64,000 nt of DNA from Seison nebaliae (Eukaryota), in NCBI GenBank assembly GCA_023231475.1, contig JALJEE010000106.1, positions 1 to 64,000 on the forward strand, read 5' to 3'. This document shows, piece after piece, positions 52,701-64,000 of this stretch. A program made the translations under genes and the position numbers. Under the pieces are notes generated by a model that worked only from the letters and a program-made list of their open reading frames with translations, did not search any database and had not been told where the DNA came from. How positions within the stretch are numbered: the first letter of the stretch is position 1; every line of letters begins with the position of its first letter.

Positions 52701-53573
52701 GCAAACGAATTCGATCGTCCATCAAGTCCAAGAAAAACGGAAATTATTAAAAATAAACCAGTTCAGCACACGAGAATTGTTCGAAATAAAGAAGCAAATC
52801 TCCCTCAGATTGCTAAAGTTATAGCCGATAATGAAGTGGAAGACGATGAATTTGTAGTAAAAGAGACAGCGGATGATAATATTTTAATGGATGACGAATT
52901 TGTTAAGAATTTTTTAATTGTCACAAATTCATTATTTCGAATTTAAAGGACAATATAAAAAATGATAAGGACGACGAACATGGAGGTCTCGTTACTAAAA
53001 TTATTCAATCGAAAAGAGAGATTGAAAATACGATGGTCACAGGACTTTCATCACGACCGAGTGTTGTCGAAGATGAATTCTCGAAAATGGAAACAAAACG
53101 ACGACATGATTTAGAAGAAGAAATTTCAGATATGCAAAACAAAATTCAATCGATAACTAAAAAGTTTCATTTTGAATTTTTAGGGAGACCATTAAATGGT
53201 TGTTTTCGTACTGAACTTCGTATTTAGAGTTGGACCAGTTGGTCGTATACTTGACAGTTTGATGGAGGACATGGATCTGATGATGAGGGAACGAAATGAG
53301 TGGAGTAATGATTTTATTAAAGTTCGACGTCAATATCATATGCAGAAAACGTTAGTTTCCTTTCATCGTAAGATGCCGCTCAATCTTCACATAATAATCC
53401 TCTTTTATAGTAATTTGGAGGATCAGCTATTGCCTCTGCAGAAGCAGGAGAAAGAAATTGAGCAGCAAATTGAAGATATTTATGAAAAGATTACTTCGAT
53501 CAAAAGCCAAATTTTGCAGAACGAAAAACGAATTGAAACACTCATTATTAATGTTTCCAGTCATGCCAGTTAG
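49750..53573 (+). CDS. TRAF3IP1: Intraflagellar transport protein 54 (TRAF3IP1/MIP-T3); ~22 exons with an expanded acidic linker
   Basis: The C-terminus DDEHGGLVTKII...GPVGRILDSLMEDMDLM...LLPLQKQEKEIEQQIEDIYEKITSIKSQILQNEKRIETL matches the IFT54 coiled coil. N-terminal YAHGLLTPKEM...AKFLYF resembles the IFT54 CH domain. 21 short introns keep the frame open. Confidence 0.85.
51488..51672 (+). repeat. Coding tandem repeat (24-bp/8-aa unit, FGETKDD(A/V/G)) in the IFT54 linker
   Basis: FEETKDDAFGETKNDVFGETKDDGFGETKDDAFGQT...FEEAKDDVFEETKD. Confidence 0.85.
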
Positions 53574-54177
53574 AAGGGAAAGATGAATGGAAATTTGAAG
53601 AAATATTTGTGAATCAAATGACATTTTCTTTGAACGATTTCCATTCCCTCCAATTGAAATTCTGCCCACTATACTAAATGAGTATTGTAACACTTTGTCG
53701 AATTTGAGAAAAATAAAGGATCTTTCGCTCCAACTCCGAAATGACGAACATTCTCGTTTATAATTAGACTACGAATGTAAAAATATTTACTTCCTTCACG
53801 AAAATTATAAGTGAAGAAACAGTTTATGAACAATTCGTCACCAACACACGAAAGTGAGAGGGAAGGGAGAGTGTGATATGGGAAGGAGAACTATAATTAA
53901 AATTCTCCTGATTTGCCAAATGTAAGTCGAAGATGTATCAATGTTATTCAAACATTATAATTAACGTCGAGCACAACGGAAACCTTAACTGTAATACAAA
54001 GAATAAAAATTAGAATTTATTCATTTATTGTGCTGTGAGTTAGAGTTATTTATTAGTTCGAACTTGTTGCTCTTCAGATTTGTTTCATAATATTTCCCTT
54101 TCGACTATCCGCACATATTGAATAGAACTATAACATTTCATTACTCATCAACATTCTCCATGTTTATGTATTGTGTT

Positions 54178-54250
54178 TATATGTGTGTCTGTGTGTGAAT
54201 ATGTGTGTAATTGTGTGCTTATATATATATATGTGTGTGTGTGTGTGTGA
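54178..54250. repeat. Compound (TG)n/(TA)n microsatellite
   Basis: atgtgtgtctgtgtgtg...tatatatatatatgtgtgtgtgtgtgtgtg. Confidence 0.85.
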
Positions 54251-57200
54251 ACGTAATCAAGCGAGATTATTGTCGTTCACATCCAAATCTGCATGGAAGG
54301 AAAGTTCGACGCTAAACTAAAGTAGTCGAGCAAATGTTTTAGCATTGCTTCGGAGTTATAAATATGCATGTCTCCAACGAATGTTGGAGAAATTGAAAGG
54401 AATACATGATGTGAATGCGATGTGCCAAAAGGAAGATAATTGGGCGGAAACAATTATATCGAAACTGAAGGGTGACGCCGATGATGAATTTATCTGAGTG
54501 AATTACATTTTCGAATGATTGACAGTCAGCAATGGATATTTGTCACTCGTTCGTTCGCCCAATTTGCCTTTTCTATGAAACGAACTATAACGTTTCACAC
54601 AACGATTGAGTAAGTTCAATCGTTTTATTGTTTCATTTCGGAGAGTAACTCTTCGATTGTTTCTCAATTCGTCTCCTTTCTTTCCACCGTTCTAACAATT
54701 ATCGTTCGATTTCGTACGTTTTCACCTGAATTACATCACGAACACTACGGTGCCATGAAAAACAATTATTTTATTGTTCTCCTCTTCGCTCCACAAACTA
54801 ATCTTCTTCTTAATAACTAATTGGAAGGGCATAATTGCCACTATTCAATTCTAGCGCATTTTCAATGATTTTCAAATCCGATTCGAACAATGATCAGTGA
54901 ACAAATCAAATTGGTACTTGAAACCATTTGGAAAGTTGTGGAGCAGCTGTCATGATTTGCAGATAATAACTGCCATAGAAAATGGAAGGGCGGAAAAGAT
55001 TTTGGTAGTTCATGCAAAATAAGTAGGAGACAGGAAGTTAATCCTGTTTAGCGAGAACTACTTCGTCAGGTATTAACCAGATAGAATGGTCAACTTTGTC
55101 TTATCTCCACTGTTCATCTTGTTTTTTCAGAATGATGGAGTGTCGAATGATATAGCACATTCCCTCAAGAACTCCCACTTCTTCCTCCCTCATCAATTGT
55201 TCGATGATTTTAAATCTCCAAAAGAAAATTATTATGATTCCATTGAATGATTGACGATATTTGTGAAATTGATTGTAACTTACAATCCGTACGATTTGGA
55301 AAAGATAAAGGCATTATTATTATCATTCATTCATTCATTCATTCATTTGCCTTGTATTTAGGAACAATCAAAATACCTATCATATCCATCGAATACCAAC
55401 AGGAATATATCTCTCGTGTATGTGGTAGGAGAGGAAAGGAAGATTCGTCAATGCCTCAAGGTGAAGATTGACACGATTTGTATTTTTTATCAATATTTGA
55501 TAGGATGTGTGTAGATGTAATTTATAATTACTGTGAGGCTACATTGTTTCGAGGAACGATTCAATTGTTTTCAATCAATAATCAACAATTCAGATTCTGT
55601 TTTGTATTTTAACTAAATATCTCGTATCGTTCAGTATAGACTCTTTTATTATTATTCTTCTTCGATTATGATTATGACGATTCTCATTCTCTTCTCATTC
55701 TTCAATTCGAAATCTTTTCTTCTCCAATACAAGAAATTCATTGTTTTCCGTACGAATAAAAATCGACGATAATATGGTCGATAGTCGGCGATTTCTCTCT
55801 CATTTACCTTTCCCATTCTCCTACACTATATCTTGTTCATTTTTCTTCATATTAATTTGATTTCAATCGCCGCTTTCTTACAATTGAAACTATTATGGTT
55901 TGTTGAATCTGATAATTTCGACTTCTGACATCATTCACCGCCATTTCACCCTATGCAATTGATTGCACATCGTTCCATTCACAATCAAATTATGCTGCTG
56001 TGTTTAGATAAAAAAGTTTATTCCTCTTTCTTCTTCATCTCACGGGAGACATCTGAGACTTCTTCCTTCTCTTTAGTTCCTCTCTCGGTCTTTATCTTCC
56101 CCCCCAAAATTCTCTTATCCAGTTAAATTGTTCGTTCATTCTTTCTTTCTTTTACTCCCCAAAATATTTTTCTATTACACCAATTATCACCGTTAGTTAA
56201 TTTAGTTATTCGGTTGTTCGAGAAATTTGATTGGAATGTCATATAACTGGAAATTAAACGATTCAAACAGATATCAGACGAAATTCCTTCGCCACTCTCA
56301 GGTGATAATAGTCGAAATGTTCACTGGAATTTTAGAGAAACTCAATTTTTGGATTAGCTTTTAATTTACCCTCGATCAGTTACTTATTTGACATAGTTTC
56401 GTAGAAAGTTCTCAATATTTTAAATGAATTTTATTCCCCTCCCAATATCCAAGAACGTAAATCATTTTAATTAATATTTCTTAATAATATTATTAGAATT
56501 TGTCGTCGACCTTCGACCGAATTATCATTCGGAGATAATTATTCTGAGATGTTTAATGATAATAATCCTTTTCTATTTCTTTATCTTCTACTTGTTAGCG
56601 GCTTAATATACACCAATCAGATTTGATGGATATTCGTCATTCATTTGACAAATGTTTTTCTTTCTTTCGTTTCTTCTCCACAATCACTTCTTACAAACAA
56701 ATCGTATTTTTCTCCCAACTTCACTTATCGTCAATTCTCGTTTCAAACGATAAGTTCCATCAACGAGTTGTTTGATGGTAAATGATAAAAGTATTGGAAT
56801 GTCCTATTAGAATTTCGATAACATTTTACAGAAACTAAATTCGCGATAATACTTTTCTCTTCAACCGAACAAAATGTATATGTCACAAAAGAACAAATTT
56901 TTCTTTCCATTTCAATTGTTTGTAATTCGAGGAAAATATGTTTGATAATCAGCAGGAAATATTTTCTCTATTTCCCCCCCAATAAATTTCAAAGATTTCA
57001 AGGACCAAATGTTTAGAAATTTCCTCCAATTTATATTTAGTTGTTTTTTTTTCGATAAATAAGTAAATCATCTGTCGATAATAATAGTGGGGATGGATTG
57101 AGATCAAATGATCAATCGTAAAATTTCTCATGAAATGTAGTGTAGGTCAATGGAGATGATGGGAGGGAAAATTGATGTGGGAATTTCATCCATCGTGAGA

Positions 57201-57652
57201 ACGAACTTCCACAATAAAGATCAGCTAATTAATGTAACATGATTTCAGTTCTCACACAATCCTTTCTGTTTGATATGTGCACACGACAATTGGATTGCAT
57301 AAGGAAAAGAATTTTTACTCAAAATATTTTTATGTTCCAATTTTCTCCCACGCAAATCAGTCTCGAACGATTTCTGATTTAGTGATAGAAATCATCGAGT
57401 AAGTGTTCGATATAAAACTAGCTAAAGTTATTTGACGAGAAACATCTCGAAATAGTTTTTTTTGAAATTTTTTGGATAACATCTGAAGTACCTTCAATTA
57501 TTCCATTCACTTTTAAAATTCATCTTCATACAGCTTATCGATAATTTTTGGCGGATTCATATTCATCTTTGAAGCGGATTTTATTCACCTCTTGTGATTT
57601 GCATAAGTATTGAATTATTCTCATTCTTTCCACCAACAGAGATAATTGTGAA

Positions 57653-59627
57653 ATGAATGAAATTCTTCAATTGCAGAGTATGAGGAATTTGAATACTCAT
57701 CATAATTCGAATCAACTTCGAGAAGAAAGAAACTGTACGAGTGAAATGCAAAAATCGAAGAAAAGAAAAATCGATGAAATCGATACATCTACATATCCAA
57801 CATCTCGTCGTTCGGATGATGACGACGATAGTGGAAATAATACTTCACATACGAGCAGTAGCTCGGAACATTCGACATTGAAATGTCCAAGTGATTTCGA
57901 CGAGAATAAACATGAATTGAAATACAAATTAGATGAAGCGATTATGGCGAAATATGCCCGAAAAGAACCGATGAATAATTTATTGACATCCTATACAGAA
58001 TATTTACAACAAATTCAATCGAATCTCCAATCAGCTAATATTCCTTCTAATCCAATCACGTCAACTATTGGTAACGCCGTTATTGATGATAGTGGAATTG
58101 ATGACAGTATCGATGATAATCGAAGACAATATTTATCATTAATGTTGAATCCTACAACATCATTACCGATGACCAATTTATCCACTTCTATCCCATCAAC
58201 AACTCAATCACATTTACCAGTTCTCAACGAAACGACAACAACAACATCATTCGTCTACAATCAGATTCCCCAGACCACATCACCAAATCTCATTTCAACA
58301 ACGCCAAGTTTTAATAATTGCATTAATTTGCCATCAAACGATCAATTTTCATCTTATCAACATCTGCTTTCTAATTTTGCTGCATTGCAACAACAACAAC
58401 AACAACAACAAGTTCCACAAAATTCTGGTGATATGACAATGTTCCTCCCAAACTATTTTTTGGATGGTTCCAGCAGAAAGTTACCACAATTTCAGACGAT
58501 GATAGATAGTGAAATTAAAGGGAAACTCGACGAGGATAATACGAACAATAAGAACAATAATAAGAATGATGAGAATAAAAATAATTCAACGATCTCAAAT
58601 GTTGTAACGGAGCAAATAGCGAACAAATCGGTAAAGAGTTCCAGCTCATTCAATTTAACTTCCTGTTAGTACAAATTAAATTGTTTTCTTTGTTCATTTT
58701 CATTTTATAATTTCTAGTTAATCCTCATTCGTTAGCAACGGCTAGATCGTTAGGTATTAAAATGACACCGAGAGGAAAGAAGATCCGAAAGCCAAGAACA
58801 ATTTATTCGAGTATGCAATTACAAATCTTAAATAAACGGTTCCAACGAACTCAATATTTGGCCTTACCCGAAAGAGCCGAATTAGCAGCCAGTTTAGGCT
58901 TAACTCAAACTCAAGTTAATATTATATTCGATAATCATCAATAATGTATTGTTTAATTTAGGTGAAAATTTGGTTCCAAAATAAAAGATCAAAATTTAAG
59001 AAATTGGTGAAGAATACGGGCGATGATATCTCTCAATCGCTATTATGTGAATCGGATGACGAGATAGTTGAAGATGAAGAAAAACTTTCAGACAAGGAAG
59101 ACAAAGATGACGAGATTGAAAATATCGGGAAAGATGATGATTTGAAAGATAATTTGAAATATAAGGAAATGAAAGAAGTGAAAGAAGATAAAGAGGATAA
59201 GAGTATTAAGAAGTCGAAATTCCCACCAACCACAATGAGTAATGTGAATTCTAATAAAAATATATCAGACAATTATCTCCCATACTTCTTACAAGGACAA
59301 ACGGAAGAAGTAAATAATGAATTAACGAATGATTTATTATTTAATGGATATCCATTAGCGGCAGCGGCAGCAGCAGCAAACTCATTCAATTTCTATTCTC
59401 GTCTTCCCGAATTTCAAGTAAATGAACCGGCCGAAAATAAATGTAACGATCTCTACCAGAACTATCTACAAACAACATTCAATTCACAGCATCTTCCACA
59501 ACAACAATCTCAACAAATTACTAATCAATCTTCAACAGTTGCACCTACAACATCTTCCGTACTAACCAATGAGCAAATTGAACAATTATATTCTCAGACC
59601 TTAAACAATTTCAATCCAAATTATTGA
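57653..59627 (+). CDS. Dll: Distal-less (Dlx) homeobox transcription factor; 3 exons (57653-58664, 58718-58914, 58962-59627)
   Basis: Homeodomain [60 protein letters not shown], with the intron at the conserved TQ|VKIW position. Confidence 0.96.
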
Positions 59628-60115
59628 GCCAAAACAAAAATAATTCTCAAATGAATCCGTATGATTCTCCAAATTAATTTGGTCATAATGAAACCTTTAA
59701 ATGATCGTTAATTCAACAAAAACAAGAACGGCAAAAAATAAATAACGTAACATTAAATTGATCGTAATCAATTCTCAGCTCAACAACAACAAGAATAAGA
59801 ATAATAACCCGAATTTTTTCAGTATTTTAACAGTTGAAATATTTGAAAATTTTTAATTTTCCACTTAATATTCATTCAAAATCATTTTATTTATGTTCCA
59901 CTTTCTTAATTTTCTCGATTTCTCAATTTCAGATAGAAATCTCTTTTTAATTATCTTTATTAAACTTTATGAATTTTAATCGTTAGATCTCATATGACTC
60001 ATTCAATATTTGCCAAATAGAAATTATTCATTAATTTGGAGATGGAAGACAATAGAAGAAATGACAAATCCAATTTTAAAAAATTATTTCATTTTAAATA
60101 AACTATTTATCAATA

Positions 60116-63100
60116 TCATGACGGTTCAACTTCAATTGTCGTTGCGGTTTGCTCGTCTTGTTTATCATTGACTAGAGTAGTCGTACTGTCTGTTTGTAAG
60201 TTGTTAGCGATATTTAATTTCTTTCGTCTCAATTGCATTGAAGATGACAAGGATGATATTGATGGAGCTGGTTGAGCGTATCGACGCATAATATGTTCAA
60301 TATTTTCAGATGAAGTCACATCAGAAATAATTGATGGTGATGATGGAGCGATGATTGATGGTCGTTTGGAAGGATTATAAAATCGCGATTTGAACGGAGT
60401 TGGAGTGAATCGTTGTAATGATGAATCTCGAGATAATCTTTCACTTTTGTTCATTCTAATTACGAAAGACAAGAAGAAAATAATAATAAACGACATAAAA
60501 CATAAATATAAATTAAATTCACATTTAAAAATTGAAATTATACTTTATTCTAATTTTATGTTATCTGCCATAAACATTTATTGTGCATATAATTTTCTAT
60601 TCTATCGGATTCTATTTTATTGTCGAAATCAACCAATTTTTTTTTGGAAAAAAATATAATACTAAATAATTCGTTTAATCAATTTAGTTCTCGACAACTA
60701 AACGAAAGGAAGAAGAATAACATGCTAAAAACGAATAATTCTAATGAAAAAGAAACAAATCTGAGAATGTTCGGAGGAATGTTTATGAAAGAAATACTTT
60801 CGATTTTCATTCAGATTGTTTTCTGATCCTTCCTCATTTTCATATTCGTTCGAATTACTCGAATTATCATAATAAAATTCATTCTCATGTCGTTTTTGGT
60901 GTTGTTGTTGTTGTTGTTGTTGTTTTCGACAGTCGCCTAAAAATCGACTTAAATGTTTCGAATCACTCATGGCTGATACGGCAACAATTCGATGTTGTTT
61001 TTTTCGTTGTTCTTCTTTAAAATGAGTTCTTTTTACATCTTTTGATGGTTTTCGCGATCGTTTCGAGATTATCGATTGTCTATCTGATGTTCCATCATGA
61101 TACTGATCTCCATTGTTTAGATATTTCATGATTTGATCACGGGATGGATTAGATATCATTTCGTCTTGTTGAAAAATTTGATCGTTGTCAGTCGTTGTAT
61201 CACTTTCAACTGACGATTGGAAAGATTTATTTGGATAATGTGAATGTTGAGAATGTTGTTCGTTGAAGAACTTATAATTTGATGATTCATTCGAATTATT
61301 ATGATAATGAGAATTACTCTCAGAAATCATTTCCTCATCAATCGAACTGTTGTTGTTGTTGTTGTTGTTGTCATTGTTATTGTTTGTATTATTGTTCGAT
61401 AACGATTCACTTAATTCACGTTTCAATCGACGACATGAATTTTGAACTATCATCAATTTCTCTTCCTTTTTTATTTTATCATATTCACTTTTATCGTAAC
61501 CAGAAAAAATTACTAACGGTTCGTTGTAATTCTATTTTATATTCTTTCGATTTTTCAGTTAGTCGACGATTCGACTGTTGGAGAATGTCTTTCTCACGAG
61601 CCTCCTCATCTAATTTCTCTCCTAATTCTCCTAATAATTTCTCTTTCCTCTTATTCTCATGGAAAAGATTTGTGGAACGTTTCCGTTCCTCATCAATCTC
61701 CCTCAAAAACGATTCACTTTGCTATGAGGAAAATTGTCGATATTCAACAAATTCAATTCAACTGAAATTCAAATGAAACCTTCGCTGCAATTTGTTCATT
61801 TTTTCTTATTCTCGGTGATCGTTTCGTATCCAAAATATTATCTGATTTCAAAATATTTATTTGTTTCTGCAAATGGATTTTATCTTCTTCCAATTCCTCA
61901 TTTCTCTCTCTCAATTCTACCAATTCTTTATGTTGGAGGCCATTCTCCGAATTGAGATTTTTCTGTTTTCTTTCCAACTCTCCAAAATCGTCTTGCAACA
62001 AACTCAACTCGTTCTTCGTTCTCTGAAGGTCACCTAGATTAAAAATTAGAAATTAAATTTTTTTCTTTCCTCAAAACACCGACCATCAATATGAGCTTTC
62101 TCACAAATCATTCTCTCATACTCTTGTTTTTGGAGAGTGAAATCGTTATTTAATGTCATTCTTTCATCTTGTAACAATCGTTTTTCTCTTTCAACCTATT
62201 TGAACCCAAATCACTTATGATTGTTAATTTCAAAAATTAAAAAACTTTCTCCACCAAAATCTTCAATTGATCACACTCTTCTTTTAATCGACTAATCTGT
62301 TTTTGTTGTTGTTGTTGTTCCAAATCTTGTTTATCTTTCGAAATGACGTCATCATCATGACGTTTTTGTAAATCCTATTGAACAGAAGATGTTTTAATAG
62401 AAAATTTGAATTCATCATTCTAACTCGATATTCATTTTCGATTCTTTTCATTTTCTTTTCTAATTCAACTTTCTGTTTAACAACACTCTCCATATTCTGT
62501 TGTTGGTCGTTCATATCAGTTTGATATTTGAATTTCATTCTTTGTAATTCATTCTTTAATTTATTGTCTAACATTTGATTAGTTTCCTGGAGTTGATCCA
62601 TCGTCTTTTTATGAGATGTTCTAAATCGAATTCAATTCAATTTTTTTTTTTATAATTGAACAAGAACTTTAATAAACTAATTTCTTCATCTTTCTCCAAT
62701 TTATTTTTTTCTCCTTCTTCTCTCATCTTGTTCATTTGTGTATTGGTATTTTGGAGCTTGGTTCGATATCGATGAAATTCATCTTTCAAATCGTCATATT
62801 TCGATTGTACTGTCGATCGATCATTATCTAATTGTCGTCGCTGTTTTTCAATTGACGATAGTTTCGTTGATGTTTCTTCATATTCCGATTTCAATGATTC
62901 CAATTCATCTAAAATGTGAATGAAAAAAAATTGAACATAATGGAAAGAGACCAATTAATCGACGTTTCTCTCTTACCAACGACGAGACTTCTTCCTGAGC
63001 ATTTTCCATTTCCGTTTTCTGCGTTAACAATTCCGTTTGTTGACTTCTCACTTTGATTGACAACCGATCGATTTCTTCTTCGTTGCCATTTTGAAGTAAT

Positions 63101-63771
63101 CGAATATCGTCACGTTCCTTCTCCAACGACTTAATTCGTTTCTCTAATAATTCGATACGATGTTGTGCAACGAACTCCGAATCTTTTTGTTGTTCACTAA
63201 ATTGTTCCTGTAATTTCGTCGTATTCCTTTCCGCTTGAAATAATTTTTGTTCTAACAATTCCACTTCTTTCAATTGATCCGAATTCTTCGATGACACTTT
63301 CTTATCAAGAAGATTGCGTTCACGTTCGAAATCTTCTTTATCTTCATGAACTTTCATACGAAGTCTCTGAATTTCTTCTTTACATTTCATCAATTGAATC
63401 GATAAATCATCACGTTCTTCTGTTAGAATTTCAGCTTGTTCCTGATAATCTTGAATTTGTTTCAATTTCGTTCGATCAGTATTTTTCTCGTTTCTTAACG
63501 ATTCCTGCTCTTCCATACTCATTTTCAATTGTTTCTTCTCTTTAACTGTATTGTCTAAATTAACTTTCTGAGATTGAATTGTTTCGTCACTCAATTTCAA
63601 ATTCTCTTTCAAATCATTCAACATATTCTCCATCTTCTCCTGCTCGTCTCTCAATGTTTTAATTTCCAGATCTCGTTCGTCAATCGTCAAATTTAATCTA
63701 TCCACTTCATAAGCGCCTGATGATGATGTTGTTCCAGGTGTTGTTGCGGTGGTTGATGGTGAATCTTCCAT
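60116..63771 (-). CDS. Long coiled-coil (myosin-tail-like) protein with an Asn/Gln/Ser-rich C-terminal region; multi-exon, 3' end uncertain
   Basis: Heptad-rich E/K/Q/L exons (62905-63771, 62637-62954, 62284-62601, 61753-62007, 61491-61706) separated by short AT-rich introns. The last exon is ambiguous: either a short FVEN* exon near 60690 or the 60116-60455 exon via a GTA donor. Confidence 0.65.
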
Positions 63772-64000
63772 CTTTTAAAATTTGAAAAATTAAAAATCTT
63801 CGAAAAATGTTCAAAAACTTTTCTACAAAATTTATAAGGATCTGATTGTTTAGAACGTAATTCTCGTTTTAATCTTTAGTGAAGGATAGATAGAGAGATG
63901 GAAAGATGAAAAGTATTAAATGATTTTGATGAAATTTATCTTACAATTGTTAATTTGATAATGAATGTTTATGATTATGATGAAAGTCTTTGAATGAAAA

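Overview
AT-rich, gene-dense eukaryotic DNA from an animal (it carries a Distal-less homeobox gene), not a prokaryote. Most short ORFs in the track are exons of spliced genes with tiny introns (mostly ~41-70 nt) or antisense shadows. Recognisable genes are STK11IP-like, VWA3A-like, gamma-tubulin complex component 3, ORC6, a divergent actin with an N-terminal extension, BMS1, IFT54/TRAF3IP1 and Dlx. There are also several orphan genes, a type I membrane mucin-like protein and a coiled-coil protein. Four things stand out. (1) Splice signals are shifted: 46 of 47 introns I parsed by hand in eight genes begin GTT rather than GT(A/G), with almost no other donor consensus and frequent AAG acceptors. 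(2) A ~15-kb multi-exon gene looks like a tailless, catalytically eroded dynein-heavy-chain derivative with a giant repeat exon. (3) IFT54 contains an array of symmetric phase-1 micro-exons. (4) Two non-LTR retrotransposon remnants and a hairpin-rich poly(A)-tailed element share a 3' terminal stem-loop, suggesting a SINE/LINE pair. All exon structures and family assignments are manual and need RNA-seq/HMM confirmation.
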